64,000 nt of DNA from the human T2T-CHM13v2.0 reference genome, Homo sapiens: NCBI RefSeq assembly GCF_009914755.1, contig NC_060939.1. One strand, 5' to 3'. The notes under the pieces were generated by a model, which did no database searches, was not told the DNA's origin, and worked only from the letters and a program-made list of their open reading frames with translations. Shown piece by piece: positions 34,089 to 48,500 of this stretch (the first letter of the stretch is position 1; the number at the start of each line of letters is the position of its first letter). The position numbers were made by a program, and so were the translations under genes.

Positions 34089-34414
34089 ACCAAAATATCA
34101 ACTTGTACACCAAATTTTCGAAATGGATGCTAAAACTTTGATGGCAAAAGGTGACTGATCTGCCTGAGAAATGAAGCTACATGATCCCTCTTTCCACAAA
34201 GCTGGAGGGAGAGTCAACACAAGCAAAAATAGGTCAAATTCTTCTAAAAGCCATACCTGAAGGGTTTTCAATATCACTTGATCAGATCGTAATTTAATCA
34301 CACAAAGAGCCATAACAAAACACACAACTATCAGAGGTTTTCAATGTCACCTTAAAAACATCATCTACAATATTAGGGAGTGAAAGAAGTCATGGAAGTT
34401 TCAAAAAGTCAAAC

Positions 34415-35535
<1,121 letters not shown>

Positions 35536-35691
35536 TCAGAAAAGAAAGATTCTCACTCCTGCCATTCCTGAAGCAGGAGCCTTGAGATGTGGGGATGCAG
35601 CACAAGAACATCTTGCTGTCTTGAGCATCTCCCATCAAGTGAGCTGGCTATGGGGCTAACTCTAGGATGTGGGTGCCTGGTTATCGGGATT

Positions 35692-36268
<577 letters not shown>

Positions 36269-36425
36269 TGGTTACCAGAATTCTAAGTTCCGTTAGGGTC
36301 TGTTGCCAAGGAAGTGAGGTCGCTTCTTTAAGGTTCCGTCCCCTTGGCCTCCTCCTTCCTGAAGACCTACTCAGGACCCCAGTGGGCTGCTGACTGCTCA
36401 CCTTCCCCACAGGTCAACTCCTTAC

Positions 36426-39400
36426 CTGTACACAGTTATGTCCACCCAGGGCCTGCTTGGACACCTGCACCTGATGTTCACCAGGGGCCTAGGAATCCAC
36501 TTGGGGCCTGGGAACCTACAGGGGCCTAATGTTACCCTGCAGATTGGGTAGCCACCTGGGGACCAGGCATCAACCTGGGTACTGTGGTTGACCTGTGGGC
36601 TAATGTCCAGATGGGGACTGGTTATTCACCTGAGGCCTGATGCGTACCTGGGGCCGAATGTCCCCCTCAGGGTGAATTCCACCTCAGGCCTGTATGTCCA
36701 CCTGGGGCCTGATGTCTGCCTTAGATCTGTGTCCCACTGGGGCCTTGTGTTCACCAGGGACTAGTATCCAGCTGTGGCCTGATGACCTACTGCATCCTGT
36801 TGCTCACCTATGGCCTGGTGTATACCTGGGGCTTGGTGATCACCTGGGAGCTGGATATCAACCTGGGGCCTGGGTGTCCACTTAAGGCCTGATGTGGGCC
36901 TGGGGCCTGACTGTCCACCCGGGGACTGGGTGTCCACCTGGGGTCTGATGTCCACCTGAAGTTAGGTATCTACCTAAGGCTTGGTGTCTACCTGTGCCCT
37001 GATGTCCACATGAGTCTGGGGTTTGGTTGGGGCCTGCTGTACATCTGGGACCTTGGTGTCTATCTGAGGCCTGATGTCTACCTGGTGACTGCCATCCTCT
37101 TGAGGCCTGCTATCCACCTGGGAATGGTTTATCCATGGAAATGGTTATGTCCACATGGGGCTGGATGTTGCCCAGCGGCTAGATGTCCACCTGTGGCCCC
37201 GTGTCCACCTGGGGCATGGTGTTCACCTGAGACCCGGGTGTTTACATAGGGTCTCATGTCCAGCTGGTGCCTAGGTGCCCACTGGGGGCCTTGTGTTAAC
37301 CTGGGGACTGGTATCCAGCTGGGTCCTAATGACCACCTGGGTTGAATTATTCACCTAGAGTTTGGTATTCACTTAGGGCTTGAGTGTCAGCCTTGGACCT
37401 GGTGTCCACCTGGGCCTTGGGTATCAAACTAGGGGTTTGGTATCCAGTTGAGACATCATTTGCACCTGGGGTCTGAGTGTTCGCATGAGGCCAGATGACC
37501 ACTGGGGGCCTGAATGTCAACCTGGGTTCTGAAATTCACTGGAAGCCTAGGTATCTAGCTGGGGCCTGATGTCCACCTGGGACTAGGTGTCAACATGTGG
37601 CCTGATGTAAACCTCTAGTTGACTGTCCACCTTGGGCCTGATGTCCACTGGGGGACTGATGTTCCCCTTTGATCTGATGTCTACCTGGAAACCGTGTATT
37701 CACCTATGGCCTGATGGTCACCTGGGGTTGAATGTCCAACTGTGGCCAGATGTGCACCCGGATCCTGGGCATCCACCTGGGGCCTGATGTTCATCTGGGG
37801 CCTGGAGTTCACCTGAGGCACGATGTCCACCTGAAGCCTAATGTGCATCTGAGTGCTGAGTCTAATGTACTCCTGGGTTCTAGTGTCCTCTTGGGACCTG
37901 ATGTCTACCAGATCCTGGTATCCACTTGGGGCCTGGTATCCACCTAGGACTTGATATTCACCTGGGGCCTGGGAATCCACTTGATAACTGGTGCCCATCA
38001 GGGTCCTATGTTCACCTTGGGACTGGGTAACCACCTGAGGCCTGATGTCCACTTAGGGCATAAGTGTTTAGCTGGGGTCTAGTGTTCACATAGGGTCTGA
38101 TGTCAACCTTCAGCCCAGGTATTCACCAGGAGACTAGTGTCCAGCTGGGACCAGATGTTCACTTGGGGCCTGGTGTCAACTTGAAGCATGGTTGTCAACC
38201 TAGGACCTGATGTCTAGTCCAGTGTCCACCTTGGGCCTGTTTACTACCCGGGGCCTGTGTGTCCACATAGACCCCGATGTCAATCTGGGGCCTGGGTATT
38301 TACCGGAGGCCTGGGTATTCATTGGTACATTATGTCTACTGGAGTCTTTGTGTCAATCTGAGCTCTGATGTCCACTTAGAGATTGGGTATCCACCTAAGG
38401 ACTGTTGTTTACATGGGGCCTGTAACACGAGGTTCCAGATGAACTCAGATATCCACCTGAGGCCTGATGTCCACCTGAGTTCTGAGTGTTAACACAGGGC
38501 CTGCTGTCAACCTGGGACCTAAGTATTTACCTAGGGCCTGGGTGTCCACCTGGGGCCTGACTTCCAAATAGATCTTGTGTCAACAGGTGGCCTGATGTGC
38601 ACTTTGGGCCTAGGTAACTTCCTGATGACTAATGCCCACATGGCTCCTAAGGACCATCTGAGGCCTGGTATTAATTTAGAGACTGGTATACACCTGGAGT
38701 CCAGGTATCCACTTGGGACCTGATGTTCACCTGGAGTGTACGAATTCACGTGGGGCCTGGTGTCCACCTTGAGTGTGTGTATCGAATTGAGTGCTGGTGT
38801 CCACCTGGAGTCCAGTGTATACCCGGGGACTGATGTACACATGGGGCCTGGGCATCCATCTAGGACCTGATATTCAGATAAGGGCTGGCGTTCTCCTGGC
38901 CTGGTGTCCACATGGAGCCTGGATATACACTTGGAGCCTGATGTCCCAGGTGGATACGTGGGCCCCAGTGGTCATCAGATCCTAGGAAACTCTCAGGCCC
39001 CAGGTGCACATAAAACTCCAAGTGACCACCTAGGCCACAGGTTGATACACAGGGTCCAGGTGGACACTGGGTGCAAGATGAACACCAGGCCCCTGGTGAA
39101 CACAAAGCCCCAGGTGTCTACCTAGTCCTCAAGTGGACACCAGGCACTAGATTGACACACAGGTACCAGGTGGACATCAGGCTGCAGGTGAACATCAGGC
39201 CTCAGGTGGTTGGGTTACTTATAGCATAGGTGGTCATCAGGTCCCAGGTCTATATCCACTCCCCACCTGAAAATCAGGATCCAGGTGGATACCCATATTC
39301 TAGGTGAACACCAGTTTCCAAATGGACATCAGGCTCCAAGTGAACACACAGGCCCCAGTTCAATACCAGCCTCAGGTAGACATCAGGACCCAGGTGGACC

Positions 39401-42400
39401 CCAGGCTCAATGTGCATGCCTAGTCTCTTGGAATACATCATTTTCAAGGTGGACACCCAGATTCCTCATAGATATCTGGTGCCAGGTGGATATCTGGCTG
39501 CAGGAGGACATCAGGCTCCAGGTGGAGACCCAGTACACAGGTGTAAATCAGGCTCCAGTATTTCATCAGGCCCCAGTTAAACACTTGACTAAAGGTGTGC
39601 ATCAAGACCCAGGTTGACACCCAGGCTTCAGTGCACACTAGGCCCAAAGTGTACACCTGTGCCAAGGTGGGCATCATGCCCAAGGTGTACACCAGACTCC
39701 AAGTGGACATCAGGTTCCAGGTTGACACCAGTCTCTAAGTAGATCCTTAAGCCCCAATTGGTCATCAGGCCCAAGGTGGATAGATTGACCCCAGGAGGTC
39801 TCCAGGTCCCAGGCAGGCCTCAGGTGGACACTAAGCCCTAGATTAACACAAGGTCTGAGATGGTTTCAGCCCCTGTGTGGACTTTAGTCATAAGGAGCTT
39901 ACCTAGGCCCTAAGAGGACATCAGGCCCCAGGTTGACACAATGAACCATGTAGAAGTCAAGCTCTAAGTAGACACCCAGGCCCTAGGTAAATACTTTGGT
40001 CCCAAGCCAACATCAGGCCCTATGTGGACACCCAGACTCCAGGCAGATGTCAGGCCCCAGGTGAACACTGAACTCAGGGTGGTCATCAGGCCCTAGGTTG
40101 ACACATAGGCCACAGGTAGACAACAGGCATAGGTGAACTTCAGGCTAAATATGAACGTCGGGCTCCAGGAAGAAGTCTGTGCCCCAGTTAAACAGCGGGT
40201 CTTAGGTAGACATCAGGCTTCAAATGGATGCCCATGCCCCAGGTGGATATAAGGCCTCAGGCAAACACCAGATCCCAGGTAGACATTAGACACAAGATGG
40301 ACACTCAGGCCACAAGTGAACATCTGTTCCCAGATGGACATCCATCCCAAGGTGGACATCAGGCCAGAGATGTACACCCAGGCCCCAGGAGAACCCCAGG
40401 CCCCAGGAGGACACTCAACCGCCAGAAGGACACCCAGTCCCTAGGTAACTAAAAGGCCCCAAGTGGACATGATGTTTCAGATGGATATGAGGCCCCAAGT
40501 GGATACTAGGCCCAGGTGGACCCCAGGTCTCAGGGGCACACCATGCCCCAGGGGAACACCAGGCCCTGGGTAAGCATGCAGTCCCAGGTGGACATCAGGT
40601 GCCAGGAGGACACCAGGACCCAGTTGGTCATCAAGCCACAGCTGAACACCAGTTCCCCATGAACACCAGTCCTCAGGTGGGCACCTAGTCCTCCCGTGTG
40701 CATCAGGTGCCAGGCTGACGTAGGCACCAGCTGAACTCTGGGCCTCAGGTGAACATCAGATCCCAGGTTGTCACCCAGGCCCCAAGTGAATACCAGGTTT
40801 TAGGTGGACACGAGGTCCTAGGTGGATGTCTATGCTCCTGGTGAACCTCAGGCCCTAGTGGACACTCAGGTCCTTTATAGACATCTGGCTCCTTGTGCAC
40901 TCCCAGGGCCCAGGTAGACATGAGGCCCCAGAGGAAAACCAGTCCTTAGTCATCTAACACTGAATTCCCCTAGGGCTGGAGACTGAGTATTCACCTTGGG
41001 CCTAGGAATCTACTTGGGGACAGATGTTGATCTGGGGCCTGATGTCTACTCAGGTTCAGCTGTCCACTTAGGGTGGGGTGTTTTTCTGGGACCCAGAGTC
41101 TACCTGAAATCTTGGTATCAACCTGGGGCCTATGTGTCCACTTGGAGTCTGATGTGCACTTGAAGCCTGAATTTTCACCTAGGATCTGATGAGCACTTGG
41201 GGCGCAGGTTTCTATCTGAAAATCAGGCTCTAGTTATACATCTGGGCCCCAGGTATACCCTGGACACCGAAAGAACTCCAGCCCCTATCTTAACATGAGG
41301 TCCTAGGTGGATGCCCAGGCGTCATGTCTACATTAGGCCTCAGGTAGACACGACTCCAGGCGGGCATCAGGCCTGATATTGGCTCTATGTCTCCACCCAA
41401 ATCTCATGTTGAATTGTAATCCCCATGGGTTGAAGAAGGGGCGTGGTGAGAGGTGATTGAATCATGGGGGCAGACTTCCCACTTGCTCTTCTCGTGATAG
41501 ACTTCTTACGAGATCTGGTTATTTGAAAGTGTGTAGCACATCCCCCTTCTCTCTCCCTCCTCCTCCCCCATGGTAAAAAGGGCTTGCTTCCTCTTGGCTT
41601 TACATCATGATTGTAAGTGTCCCGGGCCCGCCCAGTCATGCTCCCTATTAAGCCTGAAGAACTGTGGGTCAGTTAAACCTCTTTTCCTCATAAGTTGCCC
41701 AATATCAGGTAGTTTTTTATAACAGTGTGAAAATGGACTAATACAAGACCTTAGGATAACAACCATGCTTCAGGCCATAGGTGGACATCTGGCTGCAACT
41801 GGACACTATTCCCCAGGTGGATACCTAGGCTCAAGGTTGACATTAGTCCCCAGGTAAACAACAAGCCCCAGGTGAATACCTATGCCCTAAGTAGACATCA
41901 GGCCTCAAGCTGACACTCAGTCTAAGCTCAACATTAGGCTCAGGTGGACACCCAGACTCCAGGTGGATACTAGACCCCAGGGGTACACCAGACTCCTGGT
42001 AAGCATAAGGCCCCAGGAGGACACTAGAATCCAGGTGTACATAAAGCCACTTGTTGACTCCAAGCCCTCAGATGAACACCAGGCCAACTAGTGGACGTTA
42101 GGCACATGAGAATACTTGGGCACCAGGCAGGTATCAGGCCCCGGGTAAACATCAAACTTCAGGTGGACATCGTTCTCCATGTAAACTCTAGCCCCAGCTA
42201 AACATCAGGCTCCAGGTGGAAGCCCAGACCCCAGGTGCACTTCTGGCCACAGTTGGACATCTGTCCCCAGGTGAATATCAGACCATGGATGGATAGCAAG
42301 TCCCCAGGTGGACATCAGGTCAAAAGAGAATATAAGTCTCTAGGAAGACATCTGGCCCCAGGTGGATACTGAACTAGAGGTTTACGTCAGACCCCAGATT

Positions 42401-45400
42401 GACATTCAGTCCCCAGGTGGTCATGACACCTCAATTGGACACCAAGTCCTCAGGTTGATAACCAAGTCCCAGGTGGACACCACGTCAAAGATGAACACAA
42501 GACCTAGGGTTGTCATTCAAGCCCCAAATGGACACTAGGCCCTAGGTGAATAATATGACCCAGGGGATGATTGGGACCCAGCTGCATACCAGTCCCCAGG
42601 TTTACACGAGGCCCCAAGTAGGTTCCTAAGCTCTAGTTGAACATGAGGTCTCCAGTAGACACCCAGGACTAAGGTGGACATCAAGCATCAGATGGACGTC
42701 TGGCTGCGGATGAACATCAAGCCTCACATGGATACCTAGTCCGCAGGTAGGCATCAGGCCCCAGTTTGACATCAGTTTCTGGGTGGATCCTTAAGCCCCA
42801 GGTGGATATCCAGTGTCCAGCTGGACATCAGCCCCTCGTGGACGCCCAGTCCCCAGGTGAATATCAGGTCTCAGGTGAACACAAGTCCTCAGGCAGACAT
42901 CAGACACCAGGTGTACACTCAGACCCCAAGAGGAGACATCTGTCCCCAGGTTGACATCACTCTCAAGGTGTACATTAGGCCACAGATGTACACCCAGGTC
43001 CAAGGCAGACACGAGTCCCCAGTAAAACTCAAGGCCCCAGGAGGATACTCAAGCCCTAGGTGGATGCCCAGACCCCAGGTAATTACAAGGCCCCAGGTGG
43101 ATACCAGATTCCAGATGAACATTAGGCCTCAAGTGGATACCTAGGCACCAGGTAGACACCAGGACCCAGGTACATCCCCTGGTCTCAGGTGCACACTAGG
43201 TTCCCAGTGAACACTGGCTCCAGGTAAGCACCCAGTCCAAGGTAGACATCATGACCCAGGTGGTCATTAGGCCACAGCTGAACACCAATCTTGAGTGAAC
43301 ACCAGATCCCAGGTGGGTACCTAGTCCAGGTGGATATTGGGCCCCAAGTGGACACCCAGCCCCCAGGTGAACCTCAAGCTTCAGGTGGACATCATGCCTC
43401 AGGTGAACTCCGGGTCCCAGCCCAGCTGAACATCAGGCTGCAGGTGGATGCCTAGGTTCCAGGTGCACAACAGGTCACAGTTGGACATTCAGCCCCAGGT
43501 GAACATCAGGCCATGGGTGGATAAACAGTCCACAGGTGGACATCAGGTCAAAGGTGAACATCAGTACTCAGGTGGACATCAGGCTCCAGGTTGACATCAA
43601 GCCCAAGGTGGACACTGAACTAGAGGTTTACATCAGGCCCCAGGTTGACACCCAGGCTCAGGTGGACATTGGGCCCCAGGTGGATACCTAGGCCCCTAGT
43701 AAAACTCAGATTCTAGGTTGACATTCAGGCCCCCAGTAGTCATTTGGCCCCATGTGGACACTCAGGCGCCAGGTTCACATGATGTCTTAACTGGACACCA
43801 AGGGGCCAGTTTGATACCCAAGTCCTGTGTGGGTGCCAGGTCCAAGGTTACACTCAAGCCCCAAGTGGACACCAGGCCCTAGGTGAATAGTACAACCCAG
43901 GTGGTCATTAGGCCCCAGAATGACACCAGCCCCCAGGTTAACAGGAAGCCCCCAGTGGGTACCTAGGCCCCAGGTGGACATCAGGCCTAATGTGGACACC
44001 CAGGATCAAGATGGACATCAGGACTCAGGTGGACATCTGGTGACAGGTGGACAACAAGCCTGGTGTGTACCTTGTCCCCGGGTGGTCATCAGGCCCCAGT
44101 TCAACACCAGTCCCTGGGTGGATTCCTCGGATCCAGGTGGACATCCGGTCTTCAGCTGAACATCAGACCCCAGGTGAACACCAGGTTTTAGGTGGACATT
44201 AGGCCCCTGGTGGACATAAAGTACCAGTGGACATCCATGCTGCAGGTGGACACCCAGCGCCCAGATGGGCATCAGGCCCCATTTGGACATTGAGGCCCCA
44301 GGTGGATATCAGGCCTCAGGTGAACCCAAGGTCCAACATAGACATCAGGCCTTAGGTTGACACTCAAGCACCAGATGGACTGCTGCACCTAAGCAGAAAA
44401 TAGACCCCTATCTGGATATCTAAGATACAGGTATACAACAAGCCCCAGGCTGACATCCAGACCCCAGGTGGACACCATACCCCAGCTGAACAGCAGGCAA
44501 CCGTTTGGCACCAAGTACCTAAGTGAAACAAAGCCTTAGGTGATTACCAGGCCATAGGTAGTCATTAGTCTCCAGCTGGACAATAGTCCCTAGGTGGATA
44601 CCTAGGCCCCAGGTGGACACTAGATCCCAAATTAACACAAAAACCAAGTAAAAAATCAAGCCCCCAGTGGGCAAACAGGCCCTAGGTAAATACACAAATC
44701 TCAAGCTGACACCAGGCCCTATTTGGACACCCAAGCCCTAGGTGGACTTCAGGCCACAGGTGAACACTGAACTCTAGAAGGTCTTCAGGCCCTGTGTTGA
44801 CTACCTGGCCCCAGGGGGACACCAGGCATAGATGAACTTCAGGCACCAGCTGTACATCAGGTTCCAGGCAAATGTCCCAGCCCCAGGTGGATATCAAACC
44901 TCAGATGAACACCAGGCCCCAGGTAGACATCAAAAACCAGGTGGACACTCAGGCCCCTACTGAATATCCATCCCCAGGTGGACATCCATCCCAAGGTGGA
45001 CATGAGGCCACAGATGTACACTTAAGCCTAAGGCAGACCCCAGGCCCCAGGAAAACTCCAGGCTCCATGAGAGCACTCAGACCTCAGGTGGATGCATTGG
45101 TCCTAGGTAAATACAAGGCCCCAGACATCAGGCCCCAGTGAACACCGGAGCCCAGGTGGGTACCTAGTCCCCAGGTGTGCAACAAGCAGAAGGTTGACCC
45201 AGTCCCTAGCTGAACTCTGGGCCCCAGCTGAACATGATAACCCAGATGGTCACCCAGGCTCCGGGTGAACACACGGTCTTAGGTAGACATCAGGTCCCAC
45301 ATGAACACCCAAGCCCCAGGTAGATATCAGGCCTTAGGTGTACACCAGACCTCAGGTGGGCATCTGGCTCCAGACGGCCATAGATGGATAACTAAGCCTC

Positions 45401-45520
45401 TCCTGGATATCAGGCCCCAGGTAGACACCAGGCTCCAGGCGAACATCTAGCCCCAGGGGGACATCCAGCCCCCGGTGAACATCAGGGCTCACATGGATAA
45501 ACAGTTTACAGATGGGCACC
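36426..45520. repeat. Degenerate ~18-bp satellite, consensus CCAGGTGGACAYCAGGCC (possibly HSAT5), in four orientation blocks
   Basis: Unit visible throughout. The + strand reads ggcctgatgtccacctgg at 36430-38945 and ~40955-41220, and ccaggtggacatcaggcc at 38945-40950 and ~41220-45520. The array itself is clear; the HSAT5 name is tentative. Confidence 0.9.
41374..41745 (+). mobile_element. MST (MaLR) solo LTR inserted in the 18-bp satellite
   Basis: tgatattggctctatgtctccacccaaatctcatgttgaattgtaatcccc...aatggactaataca; TSD aggcc (41369-41373) / agacc (41746-41750). Confidence 0.9.
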
Positions 45521-48500
45521 TGCCACAGGTGCCTCACCTCTACTCCCTGAAACCTCACTTCCCCTCATGGGCCTTCTGTCCGACTTGGGGTACCCCTAGC
45601 CGCCCTAGGCACACACTGGACTCAAACCAGGGGCGCCAGCATCCCTGGGGCTCAGCGCAAGGGTTCATGGGAATACACTTTCGTCCGTGGGGGACCCAGT
45701 CCTCACTTCTCGGCGGCGCAGTTTTTTTTTCTCTGCCTCAGGTGCCTCACCTTCCCCTCATGGGCCTTCTGTCCACCTTGGGGTACCCCTAGCGGCCTGA
45801 GGCATACCCTGGGATCGAACCAGGGATGCCAGGGTCCCCGGGGCGCAGCGCAAGGGCTGATGGGGAGACACTTTCTTCCGTGGGGGACCCAGGCCCCGTT
45901 TCTCTGAAGCGCGTTTTTTTTTTTTCTGCCCCAGGTGCCTCACCTTCACCTCATGGGCCTTCTGCCCGCTTTGGGGTACCCCTAGCGGCTCCAGGCACAA
46001 GCTGGGCTCGAATAAGGGTCGCCAAGGTCCCCGGGGCCCAGCGCAAGGGTTGATGGGACGACACTTTCACCCATGGGGGACCCAGGCCCCGCTTCTCCGC
46101 AGCGCGTTTTTTTTTTTTTTATTTGCCCCAGGTGACTCACCTTCCCCTCATGGGCCTTCTGTCTGCTTTGGGTTACCCCTAGCAGGCCAGAGGCGCACCC
46201 TGGATTCCAGCCAGGGATGCCAGGGTCCCCGGGGCCCAATGCAGGGGCTGATGAGAAGGCACTTTCTTCCGTGGGGTACCCAGGCCCTGCTTCTCTGTGG
46301 CGCGGTTTTATTTTTTTCTTTTCTGCCTCAGGTGCCTTACCTCTCCTCCCTCAAACCTCACCTTCCCCTCATAGGCTTTCTGCCCGCCATGGGGTACCCC
46401 AAGAGGCCCGAAGCGCACCCTTGTCTTGAACCAGGGATGCCAGGGTCCCCTGGGCCCAGCTCAGGGGCTGATGGGAAGACACTTTCGTCCGTGGGGGAAC
46501 CAGGCCCTGCTTCTCTACGGCACAGTTTTTTTTTTTTTTCTGCCTCAGGTGCCTCACCCTCCCCTCATGGGCTTTCTGCCCGCTTTTGGGTACCCCTAGC
46601 GAGCCCAAGGCTCACCCTGGGCTCGAACGAGGGTCGCCAGGGTCGACGGAGCCCAGCGCAGGGGCTGATGGGAAGACACTTTCATCCGTAGGGGACACAG
46701 GCCCCGCTACTCCGTGGTTCGGTTTTTTTTTTTTTCCTCTGCCCCAGGTGCCTCACCTTTCCTCCCTCAAACCTCACCTTCCACTCCTGGGCTTTCTGCC
46801 TGCGTTGGAGTACCCCTAGCGACCCGAGCGCACCCTGGGCTCGAACCAGGGATGCCAGGGTCCCTGGGGCCCAGTGCAGGGGCTGATGGGAAGACACTTT
46901 CGTCCGTGGGGGACCCAGGGCCCGCTTCTCGGCGGCGCGGTTTTTTTTCTCTGCCCCAGGTGCCTCACCTTCCCCTCAGGGGCCTTCTGCCTACGTTGGG
47001 ATACCCTAGCAGTCCCGAGGTGCACCCTGGGTTCAAACCAGGGACGCCAGTGTCCCCAGGGCCCAGGGCAGGGGCTCATCGGAAGGCACTTTCTTCCGTG
47101 GGGTACCCGGGCCCCGCTTCTAGGCGGAGCGGTTTTTAATTTTTTTCTGTGCTCCAGGTGTCTCACCTTCCCCTCATGGGCCTTCTGCCCGCCTTGTGGT
47201 ACCCCTAGCAGGCCGAGGCGCACCCTGGGCTCTAACCAGGGATGCCAGGGTCCACAGGCCCAGCTCAGGGGCTTATGGGAAGACACTTTCGTCTGTGGGG
47301 GACCCAAGCTCTGCTCCTCTGCAGTTTTTTTTTTTTTTCTCTTCCCCAGGTGCCTCACCTTCCCTTCATGGGCTTTCTGCCCGCCTTTGGGTACCCCTAG
47401 CGGGCCCGAGGCCCACCCTGGTTTGGAGCCAGGGATGCTAGTGTCCCCGGGGCCCAGCGCAGCGCTGATGGGAAGGGACTTTTGTCCGTGGGGAACCCAG
47501 GGCCCACTTCTCCGAGGTGAGCTTTTTTTTTTTTTCTGCCGCAGGTGCCTCACCTCTCCTCCCTCAAACCTCACCTTCCCCTCATGAGCCCTCTGCCCGC
47601 CTAGAGGTACCGCTAGCGGCCCGAGGCACACCCTGTGGCTGAACCAGGGACTCCAGGATCCCTGCGGCCCAGCACAGGCGCTGATGGGAAGACACTTTCG
47701 TTCGTGGAGGACCCAGGCCCCGTTTCTCAGTGGCGTGGTTTTTTTTCTCTGCCCGGGTGCCTCACCTTCCTCTAATGGGCCTTTTGCCCGCTTTGGGGTA
47801 CCCCTAGCGGGCCCTATTTGCACCCTGCGCTCGAACCAGGGTCGCAGTGTCCAAGAGGTCCAGCGCAAGGCCTGATGGGAAGGCACTTTCGTCAGTGGGG
47901 GACCCAGGCCCCGCTTCACTGCGGCGCGTTTTTTTTTTCTGCCACAGGTACCTCACCTTCCCCTCATGGGCTTTCTGTCCGCCTTGGGGTACCCCCAGCG
48001 GCCCGAGGCGCACCCTGGGCTCAAACCAGGGATGCCAGGGTCCCTGGGGCCCAGGACAGGGTCTGATGGGAAGGCACTTTCTTTCATGGGGAACCCAGGC
48101 CTCCCTTCTCCGTGGCGAGGTTTTTTTTTTTTTTCTCCGCTCCAGGTGCCTCACCTTCCCTTCATGGGCTTCTGCCCACTTTGGGGTACTGCTAGCGGCC
48201 CGAGGCGCACACTGCGTTTGAACCAGGGTCACCAGGGTCCACGGGGCCAAGCGCAGGGGCTAATGGTAAGGCACTTTTGTCTGTGGGGGACCCAGGACCC
48301 CCTTCTCCGTGGCGCGTTTTTTTTTTTTTTTCTCCCACAGGTGCCTCACTTCTCCTCTCTCAAACCTCACCTTCGCCTCATGGGCCTTCTGCCTGCCTTG
48401 GGATACCCCTAGCAGCCCGAGGCGAACCCTGGGGTCGAACCAGGGACGCCAGGGTCCCTGGGGCCCAGTGCAAGGGCTTATGGGAAGATACTTTCTTTCG

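Noticed and set aside
36430-45520. CTCF motif array in the 18-mer (GCCCCAGGTGGACA)
   Set aside because: It lacks the conserved GGCR ending of the CTCF core in most units; the resemblance is only partial.
36694-45558. Short ORFs with QVDIRP or MSTWGL repeats treated as current genes
   Set aside because: Frequent stops and frame changes, on both strands. Only the possible ancestral coding origin is kept as a finding.
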